64,000 nucleotides of DNA, taken from positions 105,586,001-105,650,000 of the forward strand of contig NC_042997.1 of NCBI RefSeq assembly GCF_006345805.1, written 5' to 3'. The notes below the pieces were generated by a model. The model was not told the DNA's origin and made no database searches. It worked only from the letters and a program-made list of their open reading frames with translations. How positions within the stretch are numbered: position 1 is the first letter of the stretch; each line of letters begins with the position of its first letter. This document shows positions 1-14,394 of the stretch, in pieces. Source of the stretch: Octopus sinensis. Its lineage: Eukaryota. Made by a program: the position numbers and the translations under genes.

Positions 1-1158
1 AGTTTGCACATGTGTAATAGGGAAATTAGAGAAACGCTGAGGGACGTTTATCCGTACGAATAGCTAAGATTCGAGAAGAAATGACAATGACCAACCCAAA
101 TGAACATAGGCATTATGAAGATCATATCTGTATATAATAGATATACAGTTTAACTGAAATATTCTATCGTTCATCTAACTCATATTTCAGTTCTGACATT
201 CCCGCAAGGAAATATATTGCGTGGCAACCATGGGCAATCATTTTCAGGAAGTAGAGCCCACATAAAGCATCATTCATCATTAAGCGAACCACACTACTAG
301 CAGAATACAAGGTAATTTTTCGTTCGCGTGGCATTCAGAATGTCCCACAGTCCGCAATTTTCCCATTATTCCTTTATGGCTAACGGCACAGAATTTTTAT
401 AATTTGAAACTTCAAATTATATTCTCCCAAATATGACTGATTTAACCATATCTGTTATGTATCTACTATCAAATATTATGCAAAAAACTAATAAATAAAT
501 AAAATGAATCAGATTATGTTACAGTAAATTATATATCTACCCACAATATATAGGTATGTGTATGGGTACATGGATAACGTGCGCGCGTGTGTGTATACCC
601 ATTTTCGATCTTTTGCCATCTTATTCTGTAAGTTATCAATTAGCAAAAATAATTTATAAAAATATAAGCAATATAGATATAGACTAAGAAAGGAGGTGTG
701 ATATTCCAGCGAGAAGAGTTATGTGTGTATATGATATCAATAATACTATCAACACGAACCAAGGAGGAATTGATCTCGATGGTATAAATTCTCTCAGCTG
801 CTACATAAAATATAGGTTACGTTCAATGAAAAACAAATGTTTTGTCAATTACGCTTCCAGCATTATAAAGAAACGTGTTGTTGTCTAAGAAATACGTATA
901 TAACTGTGACTACAAATATTACACGGCCTCTCAAGTAATGGGTAACGAAATTTACTGCGTTTTTGCTAAGTGTTGTGAAATGAGCACAACTTCACAGCTT
1001 TTACGTATGTGTTACTTTCATTTTAACGAAATATCACAATAGGATTTTGGTATCGTTTTCTCAAATAGTTGCAACAAAATCCGCACACAACGCCCATGAA
1101 TGAATGTTCGTACACTTAGGCAGACAAATACAGGCACACAGACACCGACATACATTAT

Positions 1159-1219
1159 GTGTATGTATGTATGTATGTATGTATGTATGTATGTATGTAT
1201 GTATGTATGTATGTATATA

Positions 1220-1266
<47 letters not shown>

Positions 1267-1640
1267 GCACACACACGCACAAACACAAACACGCATACAT
1301 ATATATATATACATATATATATTCATACATATGTATATACATACATAAATGTACGTACACACACACATATATATATATACGTATATGGGTTGAGTGTGTG
1401 CGTGTTTGTACATGTATATGCATGTATGTATATGTACGTATGCGTACATATATGTATGTATATACATATATATGAATATATGTATATATGTATATATATG
1501 CATATATATACATATATTTGTATATGTATATATATGTGTGTGTTTTTGCGTTTGTGCGTGTGTGTGCATGTGTGTATACGAGAATAAATACATACACACA
1601 CACACGCACACACACACGCACACACAAACACTCACATATG
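1159..1640. repeat. Compound microsatellite (TATG)n/(TA)n/(CA)n
   Basis: Read directly; explains the overlapping Y/I/C/V-rich ORFs. Confidence 0.95.
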
Positions 1641-3299
1641 GATATAGATAGCAACAGATTCATCTAAAATTGGTTATAACCATATATGCAAAGTTACCTT
1701 ACTATCTTAAATCTGTTTATTATGTTTACTACATGTTTTTCTTGTTTTTCTTTATTTCTCCTTCACACTGTTTCTCTATTTTAGTTGTCATACTCTACTC
1801 TCTCTGTTTTTTTCCCGCTCTGTTTGTATAATCACATTCATAACTCCCTCTAATTCTCTTTCTCTCTCTCTCATTTTTTTTTCTGTCTCTCTTTTCTCTC
1901 TCTATCTCTCGCTCGCTCGCTCTCTTTCCTTTGACTTGACATTAGTTCTAGGTGAGAACTAACACATTCACCATATGGGCTTATCACATTTTCTTTGTCA
2001 AAACTACTTGAAGAAGTTCTCTTATTTTTCTCCTGATCTTGATTTCGATTTCAAACATATAACCACCGTAGGCCAGAGTAACAGTTATCATTCGTTAATA
2101 AACACATTCCTTTAGTTATGTTGCACATACAAATTTGAAACATTTTATCAGCATTACCATCTGATTCACTGATTAACATCTGTGCTGCTTTCACTAATTG
2201 CATCAATAAATATCATTAATTAACTTTAAAAGCTACAAAGATTTTTACCTCATGTAAACATTAACACCATGATTTCTTCTCTTCACCCAGGGTTCACCAG
2301 AAGATCTCTTCACCGCTCTTCCATTTTAATTCTACATCTTATTCTTTGATATTCTTCTTCTGCTTCTTGCTCTTTTTCTAACTTTAAAATATATTATATG
2401 TAGTTTTAGTTTTATTTTCCTATTTTAATGATTTCAAATTCAAGTTTCTTTTTCAGTTTTCTTTTGTTTTCTCTGCATCCTCACGTTTTTTTCACTTCAT
2501 CTTTTTTTTTTTTTTAATTTTCTTCTCTTTCCTTGGTTTGATTTATTCATGTTGGATACTTGTTTCTATGTTTATTCTTTCTTTTTTTTCTTTGTTCCTG
2601 TTTTTCTCTCTTTCTTATTTTCTCTTCATTTTTTCTCTCTTTCTTTTCTCTGTTCATTCTTTTCTCTCCTCCTTCTTTTCTCTCTTGCTCCTGTTCTTTG
2701 ACGTTTATCCTGCTCTTCTTTTACTCTTTTCCCAATTTCATAAAACTTGGTCTCATGTATCCAAGTGATCGGCCATCACCTGAACTATGTACACGTAGTA
2801 TTTTAGGGTTAATGGATGTGAATTACAGTAACTTTTATATTCTTAATGTAAACCTCTGGTAATCTGAGCATGATATTTCGTAGTGACAACTATAATCTTT
2901 CCCAGTGTGTAAGCAGTTCATCTGGTTGATTGTAGAAAGTACTATAAACAAAGTTTTCTTACATGGTTTAGACCCAGCAAAGCATTTTTCTCATCTTCTT
3001 TCTTAATACTTCCGTTTTAAATTTCCATTCATCAACAGTCTTCTTTTCATCTCTAAATTATTTATATCTTTCGTTCTTCTTATGTTTCTTCTTACCGTTT
3101 CTTTTTACTTTTTCTGTCTCAACAAATTCGAATTACATCATCCACTTATTTTCCATTTACTCCGTAATTTTCTTCACCAACTAAATTCTTTTGACCAGTC
3201 ATCTAATTTTCGTTCTTTCTTTAATCTTCTCTCTTGGATGTTAACTTTTTATCTCCTTTTTCCTCTTCTCCATCTTCAATATCCCTTCTCATTATCTTC

Positions 3300-3481
<182 letters not shown>

Positions 3482-5083
3482 TAGTAGCGGTGATAAGAGT
3501 CAGTAAGAGCAAACGTATTGAAAAAGTTATGATAGAAGATTAATGACACGTTGAGACTAGATATTTTACAAGTATTTAGATATACTTAATATCTAACTTT
3601 CGTGAAAATTTGAAATGAATGAAATGCATATTTTGTAAGTTATGAGAAAAGAAACAAACAATCTTTCAAATTGCAACGGCCAAAAGTTAAGGGTCATTTA
3701 GAAATTTAATGAACGACTAACGAAGTTATTTGTTGTTTAGAAGTTTGTTAATAGGCTAACAGTTATTTCTTATGATCTTACATTATTGGAACATTCAACT
3801 GTCAACATGGCGGCTTGTGAAAGACGACTGTTGTCCTGTGATGAAAAAGAAAGGAAGGTGTGCCTTCACCAAGAAGGCAAGTCAAATTCTGTGACAGCAA
3901 CTACTGTAGGAAGGTCTAGAAGTGTTATGCAACGAATTGTAGCTCGATAGATGCTAAACCCCAAACCGGTAAATCTCGTAAAACTTCACCAAAGCAGGAT
4001 CGTATTATGGTTAGAATATCACTGAGGGATAGGTTTAAGAGTGCTGATGCGATAAGCCACGAGTTTAGCTCCACTTCCGATGTCAGCGTATCGCGCAAAT
4101 CAGTTTTTGGGAGATTAAGAGGTTCTGGGTTGCTTGCTTGGGCACTGGCAAAGAAACCTCTGATCAAGAAGAATCAAAGAGCCCGCCTTCGTTTCGCTTG
4201 CGAACACGTCGTTCGGACAGAAGAACAGTCGTCGCAGATTCATTCTAGTGGTGAATCAAAATTTAATGTGATTGGTTCCGATGGCGGATGTAGGCCGAAA
4301 GGTTATCTCGTGCATGTGTGAAGAAGACAGTGAAATAAGGAGGAGACAGTGTAATGATATGGGGAGTGATCTCTGCTGCTCATCCTGGTCCTCTTATTCG
4401 TCTACAAAGGACTGTCAATGCTGAAATCTACAAGCAGATTCTTAGACAGCATGCCCTTCAACATCTCCGATCCTCATCAGTTCAACCTCCTATCTTTTTG
4501 CAGAACAACGATCCTTTTCCCACTATAGAGAGACAGTCAAAGATTTTTTGAGTGATGAAGGGGTTGATCTCATGGACTGGCCACCTCTAAGTCCCGATCT
4601 CAACCCTATAGAAAACGTTTGGAAGGTTATTGGAGATGGAGCGCGAAGGAGAAAGCCAAAGAACCAAGATGAACTCTGGGAATTATTGAAAAACGAATGG
4701 AAGAATATTGCTCCATCATTTTGCAAGACATTAATTCAGTCCTGTGGCAACAGATCACATGAGATTATTGATAGTAAAGGGATGTTCACAAAATATTAGT
4801 AGAAAGGGTTTCTTTTTTGTTCTTGTTCCATTTTTCATTGTTCCATTTTTCATTGTTTTCTAAGTGACCCTTAAGTATTGGCCGTTGCAGGTTTGAAGAA
4901 TATTTGTTTATTTCTTCATAACTTACGAAATATTAATTCCATTCACTTGAAATTTTCACGAAAGATGGATATTAGATATACTAAATATGTGTAAAATATC
5001 TAGTCTCAACGTTTTGTTAAACTTCTATAATAAATATTTCAATACACTTTTTCTTACTGACTCTTATATTATGGCCGCTACTG
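3482..5083 (+). mobile_element. Tc1-family DNA transposon, full length, decayed, long (~230 bp) TIRs
   Basis: Left arm (t)agtagcgg..taagagtcagtaag..ttaagggtcatttagaaa matches the reverse complement of about 4857-5083 ending ccgctactg, followed by TA at 5084-5085; internal transposase remnants. Confidence 0.92.
3807..4799 (+). pseudogene. Tc1 DD34E-type transposase pseudogene
   Basis: Fragments GKSRKTSPKQDR, ESKFN, MIWGVIS, DWPPLSPDLNPIENVW, GMFTKY across frames, with stops and frameshifts. Confidence 0.92.
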
Positions 5084-6914
5084 TACACGTGGATAACTGA
5101 ATTTTTCATGAACCGAATAGACGGTCGATCAGTTTAAAATCCACATTTCAAACGATTTCACCTCACACCAATTCGTAAACATTAGAAGTAAAGTTGAGAA
5201 CATGTTTCATTGAACATACCCAACAAATTGTGACTTCTGTCTTCAGATGAAAAGCTTTTCATATTACTATAGTATAGGGTATAGAAGCTACAATCTCTGT
5301 TAAATGAATGAGTTCATCATTTAATGTATATTTTCATGCATTTTACTCCTTCTTCTTTGCTAGCACATCTGAGAACAGGTGCGAATGTTACACAGTCTAT
5401 TAACATTTCTATATTTTTAAATACTCGGTTTCTGTGTAAATAAAAATAAACACCCGTAATTTTTTTCTCTTAAGCAGCTTGTTCAGGTTTCTTTCAACTA
5501 TTGCAATACTCTTAAATTTAAGTTGTGAATGATACGCCATTCTGAAAAGCAGAAAACAGTGCAGACTAAGTGAAACAAATTAAAAGAAAAAAAATGAAAC
5601 TAAATACCAGAGTTAGTTTGCCTGGTCTTTACAGTATATATTATCATAACACAAATAGCTTGGCCAGTATAGCATCAGGATTCGAACATGCTAATTAGTA
5701 CACAATACAACGGATAATTGTTTATTTACCCTTCTCTAATGAAATAAGTACTGCCAGTCAATTGTTACACTTTTTCGAGAATAGATATATCATTGGATCA
5801 ATGAATAAAGCAGTAGGTTTCATGAATATGCTAAAATTATGGAATTGTGACACCTATATATATTTTCCAAGTGTACTAATGTTAATCATATATAATTATC
5901 AGAATTGTGGCACCAGATTGTGAGTTGTGTTCTCAAGTGTCACTTGAGTAAAAGTAAAAAGTGGCAAAGTGCTATTCTGCCGTCAGTTATTAGTCTGCAT
6001 GATATATTTAAAAGTTTTATATACATTATATATCGTATTTTACTTTTATAGCTTTAACAGCTAAACCAAATTCAAACTACAACTTTCATACAAATCTAAG
6101 TTACAAACCCTGTTTGTCCCTAACTTTACCTCTTATATTACGCTGCTGGCCGCTGTCTTGAATTTAACATGAAGGAAGTCTTGTTATACATAAATATTTC
6201 TAAATCGAAATTGAATAAAATGACTTAATAGCCTATTAACGGGCGCCAGTTTTAATTCTATCCTAGGCTGATACAGCTTAGCATATTTGCAAATTACTAT
6301 TAGTTTCACATAACATTTTAATTCTTAACATTCGCACAGAGACCATCAAATGAGAATAAAATTGTCAAGACATTCAACTATGCACGTTATCTAGAGCACA
6401 ATTATAGCTTTCTAATAGGAATTCTTAATAAGTGTATTCGCTAGAAAAGGCTTTTAATAGATACTGTTAATCAAGTACTGTGCAGTTATCATGTCACACA
6501 CAGTTCATGCTAATAGCTAATTAGTCAACTTACCAAGATATATGATACGTTCGCTTCTTTGATGAGTAACAATGATTACTTGATTCAGTTCCTCATTTTT
6601 GCTGTCCACCAACAAATCGTTGCTTTTCTATTTGTTCCAGTCGAGATTTATTAGTACGAAAGGAATATAATTAATAGAAGCTAATTATATACATAAGGAT
6701 ATGGGATGCAATCGTGGAATGGATAAAATTATAGCTTTCTGTATCATAGTATCTGGGATTGTGTGCTTTGGTTAAGATGCTTGTATTTAGGTAGTGGAAT
6801 AAAATTTATTTAACTTTGTTTATCAGCCACCAAATTGGGTGTTGAGGCTGCTTCATTGGAGCAACAAAATTCGGTAACGAAGAAACTGGATAATTTCCAA
6901 AGGAGGATGATTTA

Positions 6915-7004
<90 letters not shown>
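6915..7004. repeat. (TAG)n microsatellite
   Basis: Perfect trinucleotide run. Confidence 0.97.
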
Positions 7005-7086
7005 ATGAAGAAAATGATGATAGAGAAAAACAGCAATAATCACAAGACCTAGTATAACTTGGTATTAATTAACTTATCGGACAACT

Positions 7087-7322
7087 CTGCGACGATTTCA
7101 TCTCAATCGAAGGAGAGGGGCTTTCTCCGTCCGGGTTGCGGATCCGTGGAATAAGCTGCCGGACGAGATAGTGAAGATGCCGACGACCGCTCGGTTCAAA
7201 GTCTCTCTTGACCAGAAATGCCCTGAACACTTTGCATGAACACCCTCCCTGTGCATAACTCCATGTCCCCCTATATGGCCTTGCTTTTTGCTTTTTGCGC
7301 CAAAAAAATAACTTAACTTAAC
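7087..7322 (+). mobile_element. CR1-clade LINE 3' end
   Basis: Translates RRRGAFSVRVADPWNKLPDEIVKMPTTARFKVSLD (CR1 ORF2 C-terminus, stop at 7237-7239), then 3' UTR ending in an (aactt)n tail. Confidence 0.8.
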
Positions 7323-7745
7323 TCCTACAGATTTAAAACGAAGGGCAATTATTTTTGGAAGGTTTGATTACCACATGTAGCACTTCAAATGATTGCTTAG
7401 ATGTACCCGGTGTGTTCAATGCTTTTTTGTAAGATTTTATTTGACATATATCCATATTTATCCATTAAAAATTATACCAACAGTACCTTAAAAACTGTGA
7501 TACCTTTATAACAATAATTAGGTTATGATCATCTCGAACTCAATATAATTTCTATATTTCTATTGTTTTAAGTTTCGTTGAGTTTGAGTAGTTCGTTATG
7601 TGATAGAGTTGGGGGTCTCAAGATTATAATCATACCACCACTGTGTACACCATGAAGACGTAGATACTTCAAGAAGAAATAATGGACAAATCTTGTAGTA
7701 GATACAGCTATAAATAACTAAATTGAATATGATGGGTTAAAAATT

Positions 7746-7922
7746 AAGGCGGCGAGCTGGTAGGATCCTTTTTACATTCTGATTTCAAATTCCACTGAGG
7801 TCGACTTTGCCTTTCATACTTTCGGGGTCGATGAAATGAGTACCAGTTGAACACTGGAGTCGATGTAATCGACTTGTCCACTCCCCCGAAATTGCTGGCC
7901 TTGTGCCAGAATTTGAAACCAA
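7746..7922 (+). mobile_element. tRNA-derived SINE (short cephalopod-type family)
   Basis: aaggcggcgagctgg head, ttcaaattcc B-box-like motif, gtcgactttgcctttc core; homologous copies at 11.3, 12.5, 32.1, 40.2 and 61 kb. Confidence 0.85.
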
Positions 7923-9231
7923 GATATTGGGTTAAAACCCCTTGAATAAATAAATAAAAATATCAAGGACCACTAGTGGAACTCGAAAGCGCCCCTCTCC
8001 TCATGAAGCCTTGGACCTTTTTTTCCCATCCCAAGACTTTTTAATCATACATTTTACAATATTTATAGCTGTATCCACTTCGAGTTTCACTCTTTGAATA
8101 ATTTATGATATCATTATCAGTTTTCTGGCATATCTCGTTATAGCTCAATATCATGCATAACTAAAGAGGGAAGACTGAACAAATTTCTCAATTTGTTGCA
8201 TAGGATTACCAAATAATCCTCATATCATATCTTACTATTTTGGCGAAAATTCATACACATTACAGACGATTAGACTGACGCTTCTAACAAGTCATTTTTT
8301 AGCATCTGATTGTTTTCGTCAGGGGACATAAGGGGCTTCTTTGCAAATTTACATTCTGCTTTAGAAAAGTACAATAAATTCTCGACTGCTCCTAGTATGT
8401 ACTTCACGTCATTTCTGCGTACAGTAAGATTGGTTGCCTAGGACCGGGAGGTGGTAAGTATTGTAGTAGAAAAATCAATAGCTTTTGTTTGACGTAAGAA
8501 TATGTTATGCAAAATATAGCCTATTTGACAGTGGTTTCCATACGTGTTCACTACCCAGGACACATTGTATTAAAATGGATTGTCTTAAAAACCACCAGGT
8601 TTCTGAAATGTATGTTCAATCATTAAGCTTTTGTTAATTAATGAATAGTAACCTCATTTTCTTATTCATCTCTCAGTTGAAAGATATATGTAATTAAATA
8701 AAACGCAGTATTGAAAAAATTACTTCTTTAATGAGACGGTTAATGTTGATATGTTGATACTATTGTTTGGATTTTAGGCGCAATAATAGTTAGTTTTAAG
8801 CAGACAATATGATTCACATTCATCCTGTTTCTTCATTTGGATTTTATTTAAAACCGCTGTTAAATAAACTTGTTCACAAAAATATGAAGATGGGTTTAAA
8901 AATCGCGTTGATTGCCTGGAATTATATGGGCAAATAGAAAAAAAAATATTTGTCATTTATATATTTATGTATTTATGTATTATAAAGAGAATAACATGCG
9001 ATGATACATTTATCATAAGCACTGCATTCAAATATCCGTGTTCTGATGTGAACCTTTAAATTAATGCCAGTCAAAAAATTAGTTTACGTTTAAATGTTTT
9101 CATTTACATTGATGCTTCTCGTGGTAAATTTCTGATTGGTCATGCGCATAACGAAATACGCAACGTACAGTTGGACTATCTTGTATTTAAGAGGTCTGCA
9201 CACGTCTACATTCTCGCTTTCTTTCGTAAAT

Positions 9232-11315
9232 ATCCGTGAATCAAATGGGTATCCAGCATTAGTTATAGAGCAAGATGTGGTTTACGTTGTTCACCACCAT
9301 TAAGTCTGGTTTACTGTGCTCAAGATCTGATGCGTTTTGTTTGGGCAATCCTAATGCATTTTGCGAGTCTCCGACTCGGTTACTATTTTCGGTTTTCTGG
9401 TCGCGCTTTGTCATACCACTCTCTAGCCTCCTCCTTCCACACAGTTTACAATACAGATCTTTTGCTACCATATCACGTCACCACCGCTTATACTGGTTTT
9501 GGGCATGTCTTGGACATTTGATTTATAATACGGGCAATAGTTTCATCAAATTCATTACATATTCGACACAACGGAGACACTCGCTCATTTCAAAGAGTAC
9601 CTCTCTAATCTGTGGCCAAAGCTTGGCCTTGCTCTGCAAGTATAATGCACTCAGACTCGTTTTAAATTATTATTATTAATTTTAAATTATTATTATTTTC
9701 TTTAACCAATCCCTCCCATGTTCTCTAGTATATTCAGTTGTGGGCACATGAAATTGTGTGTATAATGACTTGCATAATACTTCTTCGTCTCCTTGTAGTT
9801 ATTGTTTTCCCTCCATTTCCTTGCTTTCAACATGCCTTCTTTTCTTATAAGGTTTTCTCTAGTAAGGTTTTTTCCCTTTCGATTAGATGTCTTAGCTAGT
9901 TCCTGTGTTGAATACGCTCTAAATCTTCCACGCTTATCAGTCCCTGTCCTCCATTTTCTTTCTTCATATATAAACGATCATTGCCTACACGTAGATCATA
10001 GGCTCCACGAACGATTATGAGCTTCCTTTTCTTCCTGTTCTACATTATACTTTCAGCATTCAACTTTGAATCTGAGATCCTTCTCTATCATCGCAGATAC
10101 TTTTTCTTTGCTTTTTCTTTTATATACTCATGCTTAATTTCACCCGCCACTAGTATTTACATCTTGATTTAGGTTCAATTGTCCTCATCATTTCAACACT
10201 TCGCATTCTTATATCTTCTGTCGTGAAAAACTGTCCCTTCTCATCATCACCACAGCACAATTTCAAAGTTCAAACGCCGTCTTGTTCTCACTTGAAAAAA
10301 ATCTGCACAGAATGGATTGGACTTATTCTTCCTTACGTTTTTATGAACAACTTGAAATCATCTTTAAATTCCAGGTGATTGAGCTTTTCTTCACCTCTTT
10401 CCCCAACTTTGTATTCCATAATATTTCACTCAATGGAATCATACCTACTACAATGGTCAATGGGATGCACTGACTCCTGGAAGATTATTCTCCTAATCAT
10501 TACTTTAAATACCTGACACTATGCTGGCCACTCATTCTCGAGAATTTCATACCGTGCCATATCATTCTTCTCATATTGTCTGCTACTCCATACATTTCCT
10601 TAGTTTTTGTCATCCATGAGTGTGGTATCATATTGTATGCTTTACGATAATCAATCCATGCTATACTCAAGCACCTGTACTTCCATTTACAGTTTTTTAT
10701 TATTATATTGTCAATTAATACCTGATCTTTCTTTCCTCAGCCCCTTTTCGGTACTTTTTCTGGTTAGTTGGTAGCAATCCACTTCTTTTTAAGTTTCCAT
10801 ATGCTTCCCCGGTCAAAATATCTGTCAGTAGTCGCCACAAGATTTTGGTCGAAATTTGGATGCATGTAACCCTTTTCAAGCTCCTTCACACATTTATTTT
10901 TTTATGTGCTCTTTTCAAGCCTAGCCAGGTTTATGGGCTCAGTTTCCCGGTTCCTGTGGCGTATGCCCCCCCCCCGCCCAGCTGGACGGGACCCAGTCCA
11001 TTGTAGCGTTACTCAAGAAACAGGAAGAGAGTGTGAGAGAAAGTTGGGGCGAAAGAGTACAACAGGAGTGGCCATCCACCCCCCTCGTGGAGCTTTAGGT
11101 ATTTTCGCTCAATAAACACGCACAACGCCCGGTCTGAGAATCGAAACCGTGAGTCCGCTGCCCTAACAACTGGACTATCGCGCCTCCACCTCCTTCACAC
11201 ACAATCATATCTTTCTCTTCGTCATCCACCTGAGAAATAAACCTTGCTGCAAGCATCTCTCCAGCAGTTCTGCTATCTCAACTTTTTCATCCAATATCCT
11301 TGGACACCGTCCGAC
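9232..11315 (-). mobile_element. R4/Dong-like non-LTR retrotransposon remnant (RT, CCHC knuckle, restriction-like endonuclease)
   Basis: Minus-strand fragments WMTKRK, AWIDYRKAYNMIPHSW, NHLEFKDDFKLF, DRLYMKKENGGQGLISVED, SPLCRICNEFDETIA, HSKPDLMVV, YPFDSRI in the expected order; many stops; interrupted by a SINE at 10915-11189. Confidence 0.85.
10915..11189 (-). mobile_element. tRNA-derived SINE (Nin/Deu-domain-like type) nested in the RLE LINE
   Basis: ctggacgggac..ccagtccat and aatcgaaacc..ctaac..cgcctccac; homologous to 13093, 33215 and 58500 copies. Confidence 0.8.
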
Positions 11316-11520
11316 TGTGGGCTTCGGCAGAATAGTTAGCACACCGGTCAAAATACTTAACTGCGATTCTTCCGGCTTTACGATCAGAGTTCTAATTCCG
11401 CCGAGGTCGAACTTGTACTATCCTGTCATGGTTGATAAAAGAAGCACCAACTGAGCACTGCTGCTGATAAAATCAATTCCCCCACCCCTCAAAACTAATG
11501 GCCTTATGTCAAAACGAGAA
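11316..11520 (+). mobile_element. tRNA-derived SINE, diverged
   Basis: gttagcacaccggtcaaaatac..gttctaattccgccgaggtcg matches the 7746 family. Confidence 0.7.
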
Positions 11521-11529
11521 ATTCATATT

Positions 11530-11669
11530 CTTATTCTTCGTCTTCGTCTTCGTCCTCTTCTTCTTCTTCTTCTTCTTCTTCTTCTTCTTCTTCTTCTTCT
11601 TCTTCTTCTTCTTCTTCTTCTTCTTCTCTCCTCCTCCTCCTCTTCCTCTTTATCATCATCATCATCATC

Positions 11670-11705
<36 letters not shown>

Positions 11706-11706
11706 T
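11530..11706. repeat. (CTT)n/(CAT)n/(GTA)n microsatellite
   Basis: Read directly. Confidence 0.95.
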
Positions 11707-12524
11707 TTATAGCAAGTATTTCGTCTGTAATATGAAATAATTCAGTAATTCAATAATAAAAGCACAATTTATATTAAATTTCTGTTTATATAATGCTAAT
11801 TATAGATGAAGTCATTAAAATCATTGTTAATTTCTTCTAAATCACCGCGGAACTCATGATTAATAAAACCTCTGTTTATTAGTAAGTCTAATTTTTCAAA
11901 TTACAGTTACAATGTACATACCAGTCGTATTACATAGTTCATTGTCGTCGACTGAATGGCAGAGCGTTCATTATTTGGTGGCGAGAGAGGGGGGAAGGGG
12001 GAAGGAAGGTGTGTGCGAGAGGGAACTGCAAGTGAAGGACAGGGGTGAGATTAGCCTAGTGATGTAGAAGAACATTAGCAAACAGTGGCATTTAGAAATT
12101 TAATCTGTATTAGAAAAAGAATTCATAAACTGATTGTGTATAATTGAGTTAGCTACGAAGAAACTTCAAAAGAAGTCGAACATGAATTTTTAGCTAACCA
12201 AGCCAAACTATATATACACACAAGAAGTGCTATTAGCTGGCATCAGGTATGTGAAGATAACTCTCAAACTTTTCGACTAGACACAATTGTCACTAAAGAA
12301 ACTACAAATGTACAGCTGATTACGATCACATCTAGAGTCACTTCACATTACCCATGTTATAAATATTACTCAATACAGAAAGAATCGATAAGGTGATGAC
12401 CAAAATTTTTCGCAATAGTTGTTGTAACATATTTATGGTCCAAATTTAAATCCTGCCGAGGTTCACATTGTCATTTTATTCTTCCGTGATTTATTTAAAC
12501 GATTGTTATTCCTGGCTAAAAGTT

Positions 12525-12748
12525 TTTATCTTTTTATTGCCCAGAAGGGGCTAAATATAGAGGGAACAAACAAGAACATACAAAGGGATTAAGTCGTAAC
12601 TGGTACGTAACTGGTACTTAATTTAATGACCCCGAAATGATGAAAGGCAAAGTCGACCTCGCCGAAATCTGAACTCAACGTATCGGCAGACGAAATACCC
12701 TAAGCATTTCGCCCGGCGTGCTAACGTTTCTATCAGCTCGCCACCTTC
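12525..12748 (-). mobile_element. tRNA-derived SINE
   Basis: gaccccgaaatgatgaaaggcaaagtcgacctcgccg..gcatttcgcccggcgtgctaacg..ctcgccacctt. Confidence 0.85.
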
Positions 12749-13092
12749 AAAAGTTTCTACCCATGCCTCTTTCATAAGAAATCAATGTTTGATGAAAATA
12801 TTAACGCCACAAAATCTATAATAGCATTAACAATGTTTTAATTTGAATAAAATGTATATTCGTAAGGAGGGATGAAATGGTTAGAGAGTTTAATTTCAAG
12901 CTAATTCTCTCTTTTACTGTAACTTACATCTCAACTACCCAACAACTTCTGCTATATATGTATGTCGTAACCTATCTAGTATCAACAAGATGAGCTTTTG
13001 GAAGTCATGCTACCTGCAAGAAATAGCAACGATATCTTCCACAGATCACACTTTATGGTAAATCGAGAAAAAATAAATGCGCATTTTTAAAG

Positions 13093-13325
13093 TCTAGCCA
13101 GGCTCATGGGCCCGGTATACCGATTTCAATGGCGTATGTATTCCCCAGCTGGATGGGACACCAGTCCATTGCAGCGTTACTCATTTTTGCCAGCTGGGTG
13201 GACTGGAGCAACGTGAAATGAAGTGTTTTGCTCAAGAAGACAACGCATCGTCCGGTCCAGGAATCGAAATCACAATCTTACAATCATGATGCTGACACCC
13301 TAACCACTAAGCCACGTGCCTCCAC
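13093..13325 (-). mobile_element. tRNA-derived SINE (Nin/Deu-domain-like type)
   Basis: Full head (ctaaccactaagccacgtgcctccac on plus) and conserved central domain. Confidence 0.8.
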
Positions 13326-14394
13326 CGAGTTGAATTGTATAGCACTAGATATGTCTGAAAAGTAAGATACAATAGGTGGGGCTCACAACTTAAACACATC
13401 TGATCGTAAAATTTTAAATAGATAAATGACTAGTGAAAAGAAAAAGTGAACCAATTCAACGTCAGATTGTTGTGTCTACGTACTATACCATCTATAAATG
13501 AAGTATATTAATCTAGAAACGAAAACCAGAACACGTCATTACTCCAGGTCTAAAAGCCATACTAGATCGGAGAATGTAACAGAAAGCATATCCGTTGGAC
13601 CTTCCTTAGTATTCTTTAAAAAAAAGTGACGTGTTCATCTAGAAATTTAAGTTTCTTATTCTATTAAAGTACATAATTTTGTTTCAATGTTCAGAGAGTA
13701 ACTCGAAGCCTGTAAAACAGCCGTTTTTCATGAGCAGCCCCAGCGCAGTGTCAATGGAGAATACGTATATCAAACGCTAGACTATAAATGAACGCTATGA
13801 AACCTTACAGTTCCCCTAAAGAAACACCAAGAATGCTCTAAAAAGGTTTCTATAGTCTGCGTTACTGAAATATGAGTAAGAGAAGCGCTGGTGTTGCAGC
13901 TCTATTTAGAACCCTTCAGTCACTGTTATATATATACAACATATGAACACGACAAACTGGATGCCAAACATCATTGAAAGCTAAGGGTAAGCACGTATGA
14001 GTCATTGCGACTACAGAAAAACAAATTAACTGAATCAATTAGCTTTTAAATATAACTTCTAATTGGGCAAATGAATGTTAGTTTTTAGCTTGAACGTCAA
14101 AAGCGTTGATTGATGTCTTATCGTACAGCGGACGTGATTCTTTGTGTGTAGGAAATATATATTAATCCGTCAGAACATTAACACAAATTTTATTTTCCTT
14201 GTTGATATGTAGATTTCGTTGCTAATCTTGTTATTAATGATGTTGCTGCTGTTGTTTCTGGTGTATTCATTAGTTTCTCTCTTTGTAATACAGAAAAATA
14301 TTTTTGTAATTAAATGCAATTAAATCTAACAGAAATTCGGGGCAAGAATATGGCTGTAAATTAAAATAACAAATATAAACGCTCCTACGCATGT

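Noticed and set aside
1018-1663. Long overlapping ORFs of 200+ aa (also 56.5-60.7 kb and 33.6-34.3 kb)
   Set aside because: They are translations of microsatellites that lack stop codons.
5190-5250. CTGAAGA..GAAACATGTT hammerhead-like string on minus (similar partial hits near 20830, 37470 and 55320)
   Set aside because: No stem II or stem I pairing around the core words.
7746-7922. SINE heads as tRNA genes (all copies)
   Set aside because: A/B-box-like motifs but no complete cloverleaf, and each continues into a SINE body.
8400-9240. CCAAT, TATA-like and donor-like motifs suggesting a promoter
   Set aside because: Short motifs expected by chance in AT-rich DNA; the nearby ORF at 9275 is the antisense of the RLE LINE.
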